A DNA stretch of 64,000 nucleotides from Balanoglossus misakiensis (Eukaryota > Animalia > Hemichordata), in contig CM082576.2 in assembly GCA_040954595.2 (NCBI GenBank), positions 14,263,129 to 14,327,128 of the forward strand, given 5' to 3'. The position numbers and the translations under genes were made by a program. Within the stretch, counting starts at the first letter, position 1. Each line of letters starts with the position of its first letter. Shown here in pieces: positions 49,336-61,102 of this stretch. The notes beneath the pieces are model-generated. The model was not told where the DNA came from, did not search any database, and worked only from the letters and a program-made list of their open reading frames with translations.

Positions 49336-49639
49336 TTATGCGCCGAAGTCGACGGGATTACAGTGGACATCCTTTGAAATATGATGTGAACTTCGACGTT
49401 CATATAGGTCTTCAGGTGACAAGCATTTAGCTTCTTCGAAGAGAGCACATCTGTGCCCCATCAGTTGAAATGACACGCCGTCCACCTGGGACGACGCGCA
49501 GGTGACAACTCCATAAGCTGCGGTGGCCATTTTCCCGAAGATCATGCCGCGCTGGTCCCCTGTGTGCGCTGGGGGTAAAAATGTGCGGTTGGATACACCC
49601 AACGTTTACTTTGGCACGCATCTTGCGGGGTGTGTACGG
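49336..49639 (-). pseudogene. Possible decayed exon with PAN/apple-like pattern
   Basis: Acceptor ttttcctctttccaag, then a frameshifted peptide ...VVTCASSQVDGVSFQLMGHRCALFEEAKCLSPEDLYERRSSHH; resemblance judged by eye only. Confidence 0.25.
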
Positions 49640-51552
49640 CTTGGAAAGAGGAAAATTAGAAATTTAGACGGTTACTCAACTGCTGAAGTCCGAAAGTAGA
49701 TTTCAAACTCTACTTATATCCTCGGTACAGCCGCAGAGAAATTGGAAGTTTGCCGCCGGCGGTGGCGTTTCCTTTCAAGTTCGATAACACCTGTCGTCTG
49801 TGACACATTCTTTTACACGTCATACACAGAAACTCAGTGTAAAAAAAAAAAACGTGTGTACATTTATATTGTGCGAACCAGGTGTTTATAAATCGTGACC
49901 TCCACCCCCCCCCCTACACCGCCACCAAAAAGGACCTTTTGTACAATCACGATTGAGAAACCGGGTGAAAAAGGCTTGCATCATGCAACCTCTACAGCCA
50001 CGATGCTGAAAAGTGGTACATGTACATTGGTAAATTCTGCGCAACATATCAGCTAACCGTCAACCAACTTTTCAAAACTTACTACTTTGGATGACAGGTG
50101 TTCATACATTTTATGACAATGTAAGCTTGTCTTGCCCGCTCGCTCACTCACTCACTCACTTTCCTGGGGCTGTTTTTCCCATGGATTTGAACTTATTTAA
50201 TGTGAAGAAGTCCTTTATTGTAGAAACTTGAGTCAGAGTTTCTTGCGCCTTTACTAGCCTATGACGTCCCGAGATAGAATTCTCCCATTTTACTTAGCGG
50301 CTATGTATAAATAGCAAGAAAATACAATTTTCACTACAGGATAGGAATTATTGAATAGCACATGTTCTTGACCGTACATCACGCCCCTGAAATAGTACAG
50401 GGTCACACTTGAAGAGATATAATCACCGACGTCGCGTCATACCTTGCACGCAGTGCACCTGAGCAGACGCGTTCCTTCAATTGCCTTCCGGCATCATCAG
50501 TTGTACAAGTTGGCGCAACAGTCTCACACGGTTGCCTGTAATTGGCTACTTCCCTCATCGCGCTATCAGTCTGCGACTTTGTTCGACAGGTGCGAAACGC
50601 CATTTTTTCTCCCACATAGCGCCCCGAGCTGAGTCACGGTGTCGGATGATTTATACCAACGCGCAATAGGATGTTCGCGTAACAGGTAAGAAGCCAGAGA
50701 CTGCAGAGTCCGAACGTATCTCTACATCTGATTTTGATCAGATTGGGAATCCGGGGTGATAATATATAGAGCCCGGAAGTCTGGCTCCGCGAACAAGAAT
50801 TTATTTCATCCATCTGTGATGCTTGCATAGACAGTGGACGCGCCTATACCGTATATTATGATAGAAATATAGAAGCGGGAAAGGCAATTATTCGTGAATT
50901 CCGTCTGAGATAAGTAGTGTATTGTGTCGTTTGACGCATAGACCATCAATTCTAACCGTTTATAGTGTTAAACGATAGTATTTTCATTTCATCTGTTATG
51001 GGACGGGAAACTTTGTGTGCATAATTTGTTTGGCCTTGTGATCAATAAACAGTCGGAATTAGCACCTGCTTTTCAATTTTCCTTAGAGAGGACCAAAATT
51101 AATAAACCATGCCTAATGGTTAATTAGATTTTGTATGCGTTTTGTTCATGTGTATTTTCCACTTTGCCTCTGAAAATACAAGTGGTCAACTATTCTCTCG
51201 GATGTTAATTTGCCATACTGCGTAGTTTTAACATTGTGTCACGTGATGACCTTGAATGCTCCCAGAACTAGTGGTCAGCAGTGAGCTTCCCCACATGCAT
51301 GTTTGCTGTAAGCATTAGGCCTACTGGTTTGACACACGTCAGGCAAGAATGTTTGTTTTATCAACGTAGTCCTTTACTAAATTTACATAGGAGCGACTTG
51401 CGTGTTGATACTTTGATACGTAATCGGTATAATACGTGTATTTTGATAAGAGATATAAGTATGTGTAAATATGTAGTAGCATTACACTTTCACTGTCACC
51501 TGAGGGCGCTGCACCAAGCCAATGAACCCGAGTCTTGTGACATATTTCCAAC

Positions 51553-54500
51553 ATGGCGGAAATACACGTCTTCTTGGTATTAGAAACAGTGTTGCTGTTT
51601 GGTGCCTCATTGACCGGATTTGTCGCCGCAATAACTATCGGCATAACGAGAGTAAGTAACATTGTTCATAAAGTGGGGATGTGCTGATATCACATTGCTG
51701 TCGAGACTTGCGTTATCCAGTCGACCGACGTAAACTTTCCAGGTCGACTTGCAAAAGCAGATTCTCCTTCGAAATACAATGGTCTACTGTGCGATAACGC
51801 GGGCACCGTGAACGCCCACTACCGCTGTATCTATCTATGTGGTATGTACATCGAATTTACAACGCCCTGATCATCTTTTGTGGCTTCTAGTATCCTCGCA
51901 ATCTTCGTGATCGCCAGAATTGATTCGATAAATTGCTATTCGATCATCATCAACGTTACTCGCAAAGTGAAAATGACGTGACTAAACATGGCATCGAACC
52001 TATTAAAGGTATACGGTCACCTATGGAAATTTAGCTACAGTTACCATGGTAAACTTGAGATCTAGCCAATCACGGATTTTCAGTGGGTGGCACACGCGAA
52101 AAAAAGAGCGCCACCATATGTTCTTTAGAACACTCAAATATGCCATTTCTGACATATATGGGCGTATGTAAATTGGAGGTGACTGTATACCTTTAACCCT
52201 ATTATAACTACAGTACAAGCCTACGTGCAAAAGGGAGTGTTCTGACAAATAGTTTCACCTCCCATCGAATGAAATGGGCAGTACCCAGCGCATCGACGGA
52301 CCGGACAGGTATCGTCATCACCTCAAACAGTTTAAGGCTGAAAAGTAGTTCGTGTGTAGCTATGTCGAGCTCCGGTCGTGCAGCAGCGACTATAACCTCC
52401 ATAGAATAAACATTGAGAGGTCATCTCGCGATCATAGCATAGCGTGTAAGCTTACACTTTAAAGAGTGGTATAAATTACACAGTAGGTTCGGGGAAACCA
52501 TTAACTTTCTACACTCATTGCATCGTGTGTGTTTTTTACAGACATAATACAAAGGTGTTTAAATTAAGTGTACATGTATGTCTTTTAATTAAACGACAGT
52601 TGTTAATTGCTTTTAGGGGTGTGTCCTCAGGTGACCTGTAATGTGAATGCCTTCCTAAGATGACTGCATGCTGTGGACATGTTGCCAATTGCACAATAAT
52701 TCACAGCTGCCCTTTTCTGTTTAAGGAAAAGATATGTCATTTTGTGGCAAGGCTTCCGTTTTTATCCCACACAAGAAACTCCCTGTGCTAGGAGAGTCTG
52801 GCATGTTAATGTTTGTAGAAGATTTAGTTAGCCTCAAGCTCTGCAATGATGAATGTAAACATGAGCGGCCCGGGATAGCATTAAACAACAAAAAGTGACA
52901 AGACAGGCGTCGCGCATGGCAAAGTGCAAAATATTCAGAGCAGAGCAGTTCCAAAGTAAAACATCCATAAATTCAACTGAGTATTTCTATGTTATTTGTT
53001 TGGTTTAATCCCACGCGACTGTGGTTTAACCCCACATTTTCCCTGCTGCATGCTAGTTCAGGGGCCCGTTTCACCACTGCCAGCCTGGTAAAACAGTATT
53101 TTACCATCACTGGATTCAGCTCTCGGCCAATCAGAATGGCGGACGGTAGCATGGTATAATATAATACAATAAAAGTAGATAATTTCGAACAAAAGAAAGA
53201 CAATAGGTGATTCAGATACTTGAACCTGTAGACAGTTGACCTTCTTTAAAATTTAATTTTGAAAACAATTCTTCCTGTAGGATAACTTCAACGGATGTCC
53301 TTTGTATGGCCAACTTGATTGGAAGAACGAAACATTTTTTATAATCGATCACTTTGGCGCGGCGTCTTCGTGCAGTTTCTGCGTGGGCGTCCAAGTCGTG
53401 GCCGCACTCTATGCCTTGGCTTTCGCCATTTACCACATCTATGTGATACTGAAGAAGGAAGACAAGTAAGTGAGGTCGTTTTTTTCTACTGTGAAACACT
53501 TTATTTTCGCGAGTTGAAATCTTCGCGATATCGAGAGAGGCCACTGTTTCGCGAGTATTAATTTTCATTTTTCATTCACTGCATCGTTATCTTCAAAAAA
53601 TTACGCGACTTTTTATTTTCACACTATTTTGGCTCTCGCGTATTTCGCGAAAATTTATTGCTCGCGAAAATAAAGTGTTGTACAGTAGAAAGGATTATTA
53701 CGTAAATACTTTCGAAGCCTGAAGTTGCATGTAGTTGTCTTACTCTTCAATTCAAAGCAGTCGCGTACACTGAAACCACTCCCAGTTCAAAACCAGTTGC
53801 CTTCACGTGAAATGCATCTACCGGTTAGCTTTACAGACTTGTTCTGCTCACCTTTGCAGGAACATATGGATCATACCCAGCCTGCTGATCAATGCTGCCT
53901 TCACCGTCGTCATTTTCATCCAGGCGTGTGTGGTTAGCGTGGGATTCTTGCAGTGGTGCAACAGCATCGAGGACAGTCCCGTTGCGAAAAGGTAAAAAGG
54001 CAGCCCTCTTTTAAAGGTGCATTTGCATCGCATAGGAGAAAGTCGCATGATGAAAACACACTTCTACTATTGTCATTTTCACGAAATTTTACACATAGCT
54101 CAGTGCAGTAAATATGAATTCATTGGTCAAATAAAATATAGGGGTCACCGTGCTTTATTTTGAGATAAATTGCGTTAAAAATTTTGCCCATAGACAAAGC
54201 TTTGTTGACAAATGCTGAGTCAGCAGTTTTCTTCTATTATCGACTAAATTTAAGGAGAATCCAAAAATCCACAATTAAAAAAAATGACAATACATTCAAT
54301 TTTACTGAACGTACATCCTTAACCGTGATTCCTGTCCTGTCTCTGTGTGAACAGTTGTAAAGCTGGCCAGTCGTTTAACTGGAACATCCAGATTCCCGGA
54401 GTCACCAATCCCCATGCTCGCATCGACGGCACTTCCTTCTATGACGACCTGAAAACTGGAGAGGTAAGATTTATCTGTCTGTTTCATAGCCAGCTACTTT

Positions 54501-57296
54501 CCACGCATGCCGGGTAGACTTGCTTTTGTCTTCAGTTCAAATAGGACCTTGATGGTGGGGCAAGAGTGGACTGTAAAACGGGAAATTTTCGCCGTATCAA
54601 AACCGGCAACTGCTACGCGATGAATATTTTTCGCGTTCTTGTATTTCACTGCATTGTTTTCTCGGAAAAACATTTTTACGCAACTTTTTTAAAATGTTTT
54701 TTTGCTCTTGCGTAGTTCACGAAAATCTATCGTTTGCGAAAATTTCCCGTTTTACAGTACTTTCTTTTCAGATCAGGTAACTTGTAAATGTGACTGAATG
54801 GTTTATAAGTTCGGTCTTGTCTCATTCAGAATCTTCACGAGGATTTACCAAACACTCTAGTTGAGGAATATTGTAATTTCTGTGAAATACAGGCATTTGA
54901 CTGTACATGTACAAATTTAGTAGTTAGACCTGAACAATAAAAATAAGTGTTCAAACTTCACTGTAAAAGTACTGATATGATGCTACTTTTATCACATGCT
55001 TGAATTATTTCCTGCCTTATGTAAATGCATACCTAGGAATTTTTTTTTAACAATTTTTGTTTTGGTTGCTTTGTTTGCAAATGGCATTTTTCTGTTGACT
55101 TTATGTAAATGATAATGCATCAATAAAGCAGTCAATTGATTGGAGCTCAATCATGCAGTTTTTATCATAGGGCCAGTAAAATGGCTTGTGGAACAGCACA
55201 GACTTTCAAAACTGTTCAGACCACCAAACAGTGAGAACCCACGGAAAGATCAGTCTGAGTCAGATGATCAGCAGAAATATTTTCAAGATATTTCAATTTT
55301 TAAAAAAATCATTTAGGTTAAATATCAAATAAGAGTTTCCACTTGTAAATGTCTACTAGTGAATGAATGATAGCTTAATTCTAGAAAACTGGACTGTACT
55401 TGTCTCAGAATATGAACATAAAAGTATGGGTCAGGTACATATGTGGTGGGTTGTGTACTGTTTGTGGTCTCCGCGTTCTTGACTTCAGTCTTCTGGGGAG
55501 TTGGCGACAGTAATTTCTGTTCCCATCATGCATCAATCAAATTTTGCTAGTCGGGGTATGACAGTTATGGGCGTGAATGTCTTGCAATATAATATTATGC
55601 ACAGCTATCGTGTGGGAAAGCAAAATACACAGGTTTGCAGAATAAAGCACGTTGATTTGCAAAGTGTGGGCCTTGCAGCAGCCAGCCTCTGAAAGCAATA
55701 TACAGTATAACCTGTCTGAACCAGACCCTGTCTAATCTGGAAGCCTGTCCCTTTGACATAGAAGCACTTGTCTAAAGAAGCTCTATAAACCTCGAATCTC
55801 TACAAAACGAACAGTTTTTCAGTCCCTTTGGTGTTTGGTTTAGATACGTTTTACTGTAGTAAAATGATTGTGAGTGTTTTCAAGTTGTGGTGATGTCTCT
55901 GTGATATGGAAAAAATAAAGAATACAGTTCTATCACCACAGACTGCAGGTAGAAAAAAGCAGTTTTGTATGAGAGGAGGAGGATATTGTTTGAGTTGGAT
56001 ATGCATAGTTATACATATGGTTCGTTGTCAATGTTACCAGTAGGTTTCTTGACGACAAGTGAACTATATGGTAGATTATCGAGTGCCATGATAAAATAAA
56101 TCAGGAATACTTTCATTTATCACACCTTTATTTTAATCCACACCCCAAGTTCAGATCAAAAGTACATCCCGTCTAAAGTTTAATTAATACATAATAGTGA
56201 CTGGGGAGAAGGCTTGCTTTACACAGGTGTCTGGTTTTGAGAGGTTTTCATAACAAGGTGTCCAATGTAAAGAGGGAATGGGAAAGGTGTGGTCAGCATA
56301 GACAGATTTCCAGTTTAGACTGGTTCCGGTTTAGACAAGCGTTCTGCATCACTGTTATATGCATGAACTTCTTTTTGCTCTTTTAGGTCGAGAGCTTTTA
56401 AAATTCCATAAAATCCACATGTAAAGACGCATTTCAATATCTGTCTGTACACATTTGCCTCACAAACTACATCATCAGAAAACTTGGTTAAAAATAGGTC
56501 TAGCTTCCAATACATGATCATCACAGACAGTGTTAAAGTTTATTCATATTTGAGTGAGTAGATCATTTCTGTAATTTTAGGCCAAATGGCTTTAAATTCT
56601 TCTCTGTCTCAATTCACTAAAAGCTTTCACCATGGTAACAGCAATCCAGTGCAAACAATGCTAAGTGTTAGAAAAATGTTTAAAGTTACATGTATACCAT
56701 ACAATCCATTGGTTAAATTATCACAAGTAAAGTCAAAGTAATGTCACTGTCTGTAAAGAGTCAAAAGTTATTTCAGATCAATTCATACAAGTGATTAAGG
56801 TGGTTGTGTTCGAGTTGATTTGATTCAACATTAAAGGTATACGGTCGCCTATGCTAATTGAGCTACAGTTGCCATGGTAAATTGAAATCTAACCAATCAC
56901 AGATGTTCAGAGGGTGGCACACTTGAAAAGAAAAAAGAGCGCCACCATACGTTCTTTAGAACACTCAAATACACCATTTCAGCCATATATGACCATATGT
57001 AAATTTGAGGTGACCGTATACCTTGAAAGTGTGCGTGCCCGCGCGCGAGAGAGAGAGAGAGAGTGAATGTGCACTCTCACACACACCTGTCATAAACAGT
57101 GATTACATCAGGTGTCCACATTTCTCCCCTTTCCTGTACATCTCTTCAGAGCACGTCCTGGTTTTCCTTTCTCTTCTGGGGTGCGTTACTGGCGGTCAGC
57201 GTCATTCGCCGTTTCCGTGACAACCGAATCCCCGAAGACCACACGGACCAGGAGAGGCAACCGGTGCTAACTGCCACGCCGCCCTTGAAAACATGA
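51553..57296 (+). CDS. TMEM179B: TMEM179B-like four-pass membrane protein, isoform a (223 aa)
   Basis: Exons 51553-51651 (MAEIHVFLVLETVLLFGASLTGFVAAITIGITR), 53281-53465 (DNFNGCPLYG...SSCSFCVGVQVVAALYA), 53860-53991 (...QACVVSVGFLQWCNSI), 54355-54463 (SCKAGQSFNW...FYDDLKTGE), 57150-57296 (STSWFSFLFWG...); GT-AG, phases consistent; motifs recognised as TMEM179 family. Confidence 0.85.
52007..52192. mobile_element. Kolobok-like MITE, TTAA TSD; second copy at 56835-57023
   Basis: TTAA-aggtatacggtcacct ... aggtgactgtatacct-TTAA; both copies share the internal sequence. Confidence 0.85.
53489..53685. mobile_element. Tc1/mariner-type MITE, TA TSD; related copy at 54571-54757
   Basis: TA-ctgtgaaacactttattttcgcgag ... 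ctcgcgaaaataaagtgttgtacag-TA; repeated ttcgcga motifs. Confidence 0.8.
55467..55560 (+). pseudogene. Probable decayed third copy of the TMEM179B terminal exon
   Basis: VSAFLTSVFWG aligns without gaps to STSWFSFLFWG; acceptor reads tttgtg instead of yag; frameshift precedes LATVISV. Confidence 0.4.
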
Positions 57297-59577
57297 TCGA
57301 TCAGTGTCGACTGATTTTGTGTTCGTTGAGCATCCGCCAGTCAGTCTGTTGGGTGTAGTTTACTTTAAATATAGTGAAGCGGTCGTCGCGCTGCGTTTGT
57401 TTGTTTATAAACATCACAATTCATCCACAAATCCCTGAAATTAGATAATTCTTAGAATGAACGAAGCAGCCAACTGTAGCGTAGACTGAGCATGGCAGCA
57501 ACTGAAGATCCTAGTAGGTCGTGGTGACTGTAGTGAGGTTTGTGCTGGTATGTTCTCATCAAAGGGGACACCCACACGGCGCGACGACCGCTTCCCATTA
57601 ACTTTTAGCCTTAGGCTCTGAGGTGGTTTGCTGGATTTGGAGTGTGTTAGTCTCACAGCTTTCAGAAATAAGCACCGCACTGCAAAAATAGCTTATGAAA
57701 GTGCATATATAAGGGGTTTTAAGGTCTTTCATTGCTTGAAATTGCATGATATAGTACTACCAGTAGGAGATACTTCGTTGGAAGGTATCTCCACTGCAGC
57801 TGTGTAATATTTGACAGCCAGATTTACTAAGAGCTAAGCTCTCCGATTCCCATGTAGGCTTGAGTCTGTGACTTCTAAAGGATGGAAAACACTGGTCTCA
57901 GTTGGACGTTTATTGACTGTATGGCAGTGTGACTATAAACAGAATAGATGATGGATTGTCTGCAGTCTATTTCCATCAGTCATTCTTGTCCACATAAATT
58001 CTGTATATTGCAGCAATTTCAATTTAAACTTAGCCTGACTGTATACATGTAGTTGAGGGGTTTCAACCAGTATTTTACATCCTTGCCAGAATCGCAGACT
58101 AGAAATGGATAATGTAATATTTGTAGTAGAGAAATTTTCAGCATGCTTGCATTGCAAACTATAAAATATAAAACTTTTAACAAGCTCCATACTTTAGTAC
58201 ACATGTTCATTTCAGAAATTTAAGAAAATAATGTACTTTATCTTGAAAACATTTTTCAGTACTTCTCCTGTTTTACTCATTTGGCACCAAAAGCAGTCCA
58301 ACTTTTTCTTGTGATTTTGGTTTGAAGTTCATTGCTTTTAGAATAGAAGTGCCATCATTTGCTTTGAGAAACAAGAAATTTGGGAAATTGAGAAAGTGGG
58401 AAAAATCTGCACATTTTTTATGTTGTCCATGGATGAAGACAGTTGTAGCTCTGTGAAGAATGTTGAAAAAGGCTAAAAACTATTTCAGGTGAACTTTATT
58501 TAAATGAAATATTGAACTTTCATGACATTTTATTTAACTAGGTTGAAATTTCTCTGGGCTTATAACGTTAGTCTGGGTTTATGACCATTTCAGATATTTA
58601 ATTTTTATGTTGGTCTTTTGTATAGTTTATCTCATCTGAAATACTTCAACCAGAATATTTAAACAAAAACATTACAGTCTAGAAAATTTATTTAAAGAAG
58701 GGTGTTTTTGACGTATTGATTTCCTCTTTAGATTCATCAAAAAAGTAGCTCAGCTGACATTACTAGAAACAGGGCACAATGCGTGTACACTTTCAATAGA
58801 CAAATTTTGAGACCAGTGCTCTACTGGTGAAATCAGAAAAAAAAACAAAGGAAACTGACTGTAGTGGCTTATGAGTGTGTCCCTGGGACATAGCCATTTT
58901 ATAGGTAGATCGGGCTAGAACTCTTACAAACATAAAAAAAACCCACAATTTTGTGGTTCTTGTCCTTACATTAAGGGTATACTAGTATGTACATTATTTA
59001 AAAGTAACTGTCAATAGCTAAATGTGTATGTAGACTTGCACTTGTTTCATTTTGTAAGATGTACATGTATAGGTACACTCTTGTTGTAAAGTGTTTTTGT
59101 TCAGGGCGGGACCCAGGTAAATGTTACCGGGGTTACCCGGCCATTTTACCAGGGTTTTCCTTGGTATTTCAACGCAGTCATATTATTCATGGGTGGTAGA
59201 AGTGTTACTGGGGGTTTCCAAATCATTTGCCAGTGTTCCCCAACCTTAGCACTGTTTCATTCAGGATGACATCAAGAGGGGGGGGGGGGATTTGTCCCCT
59301 TTGCCAGAATATTTGGGGGGGGGGATTCCACTCTGGCAAAGGGGGACTCTAATATCTCCAACACCCCCCCCCCCCCCCCCCCTTGAAAAAATTCCTAGGG
59401 GGTGCCAACATGTCAACAGGGGGTGAATCCCCCCACCTCGCCCGTCTACATGAAACACTGCTTAGGAGAAAAACCCTGATATACACACCTGCAGCACGTA
59501 TTACATCATTGGCAATATTTTGAATTTCACACCAAGCGGGATGACATCACAAGTTGTACGGTTTCTTCCAATCTTAG

Positions 59578-59733
59578 ATCACATCCTGGGTGTCTTTTCT
59601 GATCTTCGCCGCGCTGGTGGTGGTCATCGTCGTCAAGTGCGTGATGGGAAGAAGACGCCAGCCCACCAAGGAGTCGTCAAGATTCGGCGGTGATCATACG
59701 GCAATAACCGAAGACTCGCCAGGTGTGATTTAA
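59578..59733 (+). CDS. TMEM179B: Alternative terminal coding exon of TMEM179B-like gene (isoform b, 226 aa)
   Basis: Acceptor tttcttccaatcttag, phase 0; ITSWVSFLIFAALVVVIVVKCVMGRRRQPTKESSRFGGDHTAITEDSPGVI*; homologous to exon 57150-57296. Confidence 0.8.
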   Translation: MTSWVSFLIFAALVVVIVVKCVMGRRRQPTKESSRFGGDHTAITEDSPGVI

Positions 59734-61017
59734 GTGCCATGCAAATTTGTCCTCAATGCTGCTTGGTCGTTATATTTTATTTTTTAGTGGTTTTAATCGC
59801 ATGTCTTGTCGGGTGATGTGATCCAACGAGGTGTGACATGAATGCCTTGCAGGTGTCGAAGTTTGATCTTAACACTTGTAAGTAGTCCGTATTGACCACC
59901 AGTTTCAAATTTCGGTACATGCAAGTTCAAGTGCAACTCATCGGGTACATGTATTCAGGGTTTTTGTCTTCAAGACTCTCAAAATTTTCTAGTGCAAAGT
60001 TTAATGTGTGTGCGGCCAAAGGGGGTTTAGAAATGAACTGCACGCATGTATGAATGTAAAAAAAAACAACTTTTGAAGCCAACTCAGAAGAAAACTTGAA
60101 TGATGCCATCAATTACCTGAAGGTTACTCATCAAAATGAAGACATTTTAGAGAAATACACCTTGAAAAATACTTGTATTCACTTTTTAAATGTTTTGAGT
60201 TTGTTGGTAAAATATGGTTGGGGTTGTTCAGTGCAAAGTTTAATCAAACAGGGGTCAAGAACGCAAAAGCTGTGGTATGGTCATTTGACCAGTGGTGTCT
60301 GATCATTCTGTACCTTGTTGTGTGAAGTCACTATGAACCCTGAACATTTGAATTTTCTGGTACATTACCTTGTTCATGACTCTCTGTTGTTGGTTGACAT
60401 GACATAGCCTGGTGAACAGTTCACACAGTAACTATTTGAAGGGACAAAGTCTCTCTCTCGCTGCCCTTCTTCAATTAATTATGTTTTTTTACCGATTCTT
60501 GTGAATACAGCGAGAGAACTGACTACCTGGGCATTTTCAGGTCAATATTTGGGGCTAGCAAAACATTATATTTTAATAGAAATTCCCCTTTTGGCAATGT
60601 TGTGTTTTATTTCTATATTACTAATTTTCTCAATCAATATACATCACTGAAACTCAGTTTTCTAATTTATTTATTCTGAATAAAAGTAAATAAATATGAG
60701 TCATTACAATGATGGGTTTACCTTTAATAATTATGAGTAAGACTTTTGTACATACCAAAAAAAGCCACAACTCGACCATTTCAAAGTGAATCCATATTCT
60801 AGGAGAGTCAATCGCATGTGTGAGAATAGATAGGAAGAACAGTTTCAGCTAGAATGCAAATAGATTTTCCAAGCCTTCAAAATCTTTTCCTTTATTTTTG
60901 TACTGGTAGGTAGTATTGAAAAGTTGAACATAGGTATTGTTGGAAAATTGGTATTCATTCACCTGTTTGTTATAAACAAGAAAATCATCCAATGCTGGAT
61001 TTTCCTGTAATTATTAA

Positions 61018-61102
61018 CCCTTTCACCACCATGGTTCAGCCCAAACCCATTGTTTTCTATCGTAAGATTGGATCTCTATAGAGGGAACTGGGTGTGAAAG
61101 GG
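61018..61102. mobile_element. 85-bp piggyBac-like MITE
   Basis: TTAA-ccctttcac ... gtgaaaggg-TTAA. Confidence 0.7.

Noticed and set aside
50600-50690. Strong donor site cag|gtaaga upstream of TMEM179B
   Set aside because: Could be a non-coding first exon, but I could not support a matching acceptor or promoter
59101-59480. G/C-tract region with nested short inverted ends (cagggttttcc / gaaaaaccctg; cactgtttcat / atgaaacactg)
   Set aside because: Probably old hAT-like MITEs, but TSDs and boundaries could not be fixed
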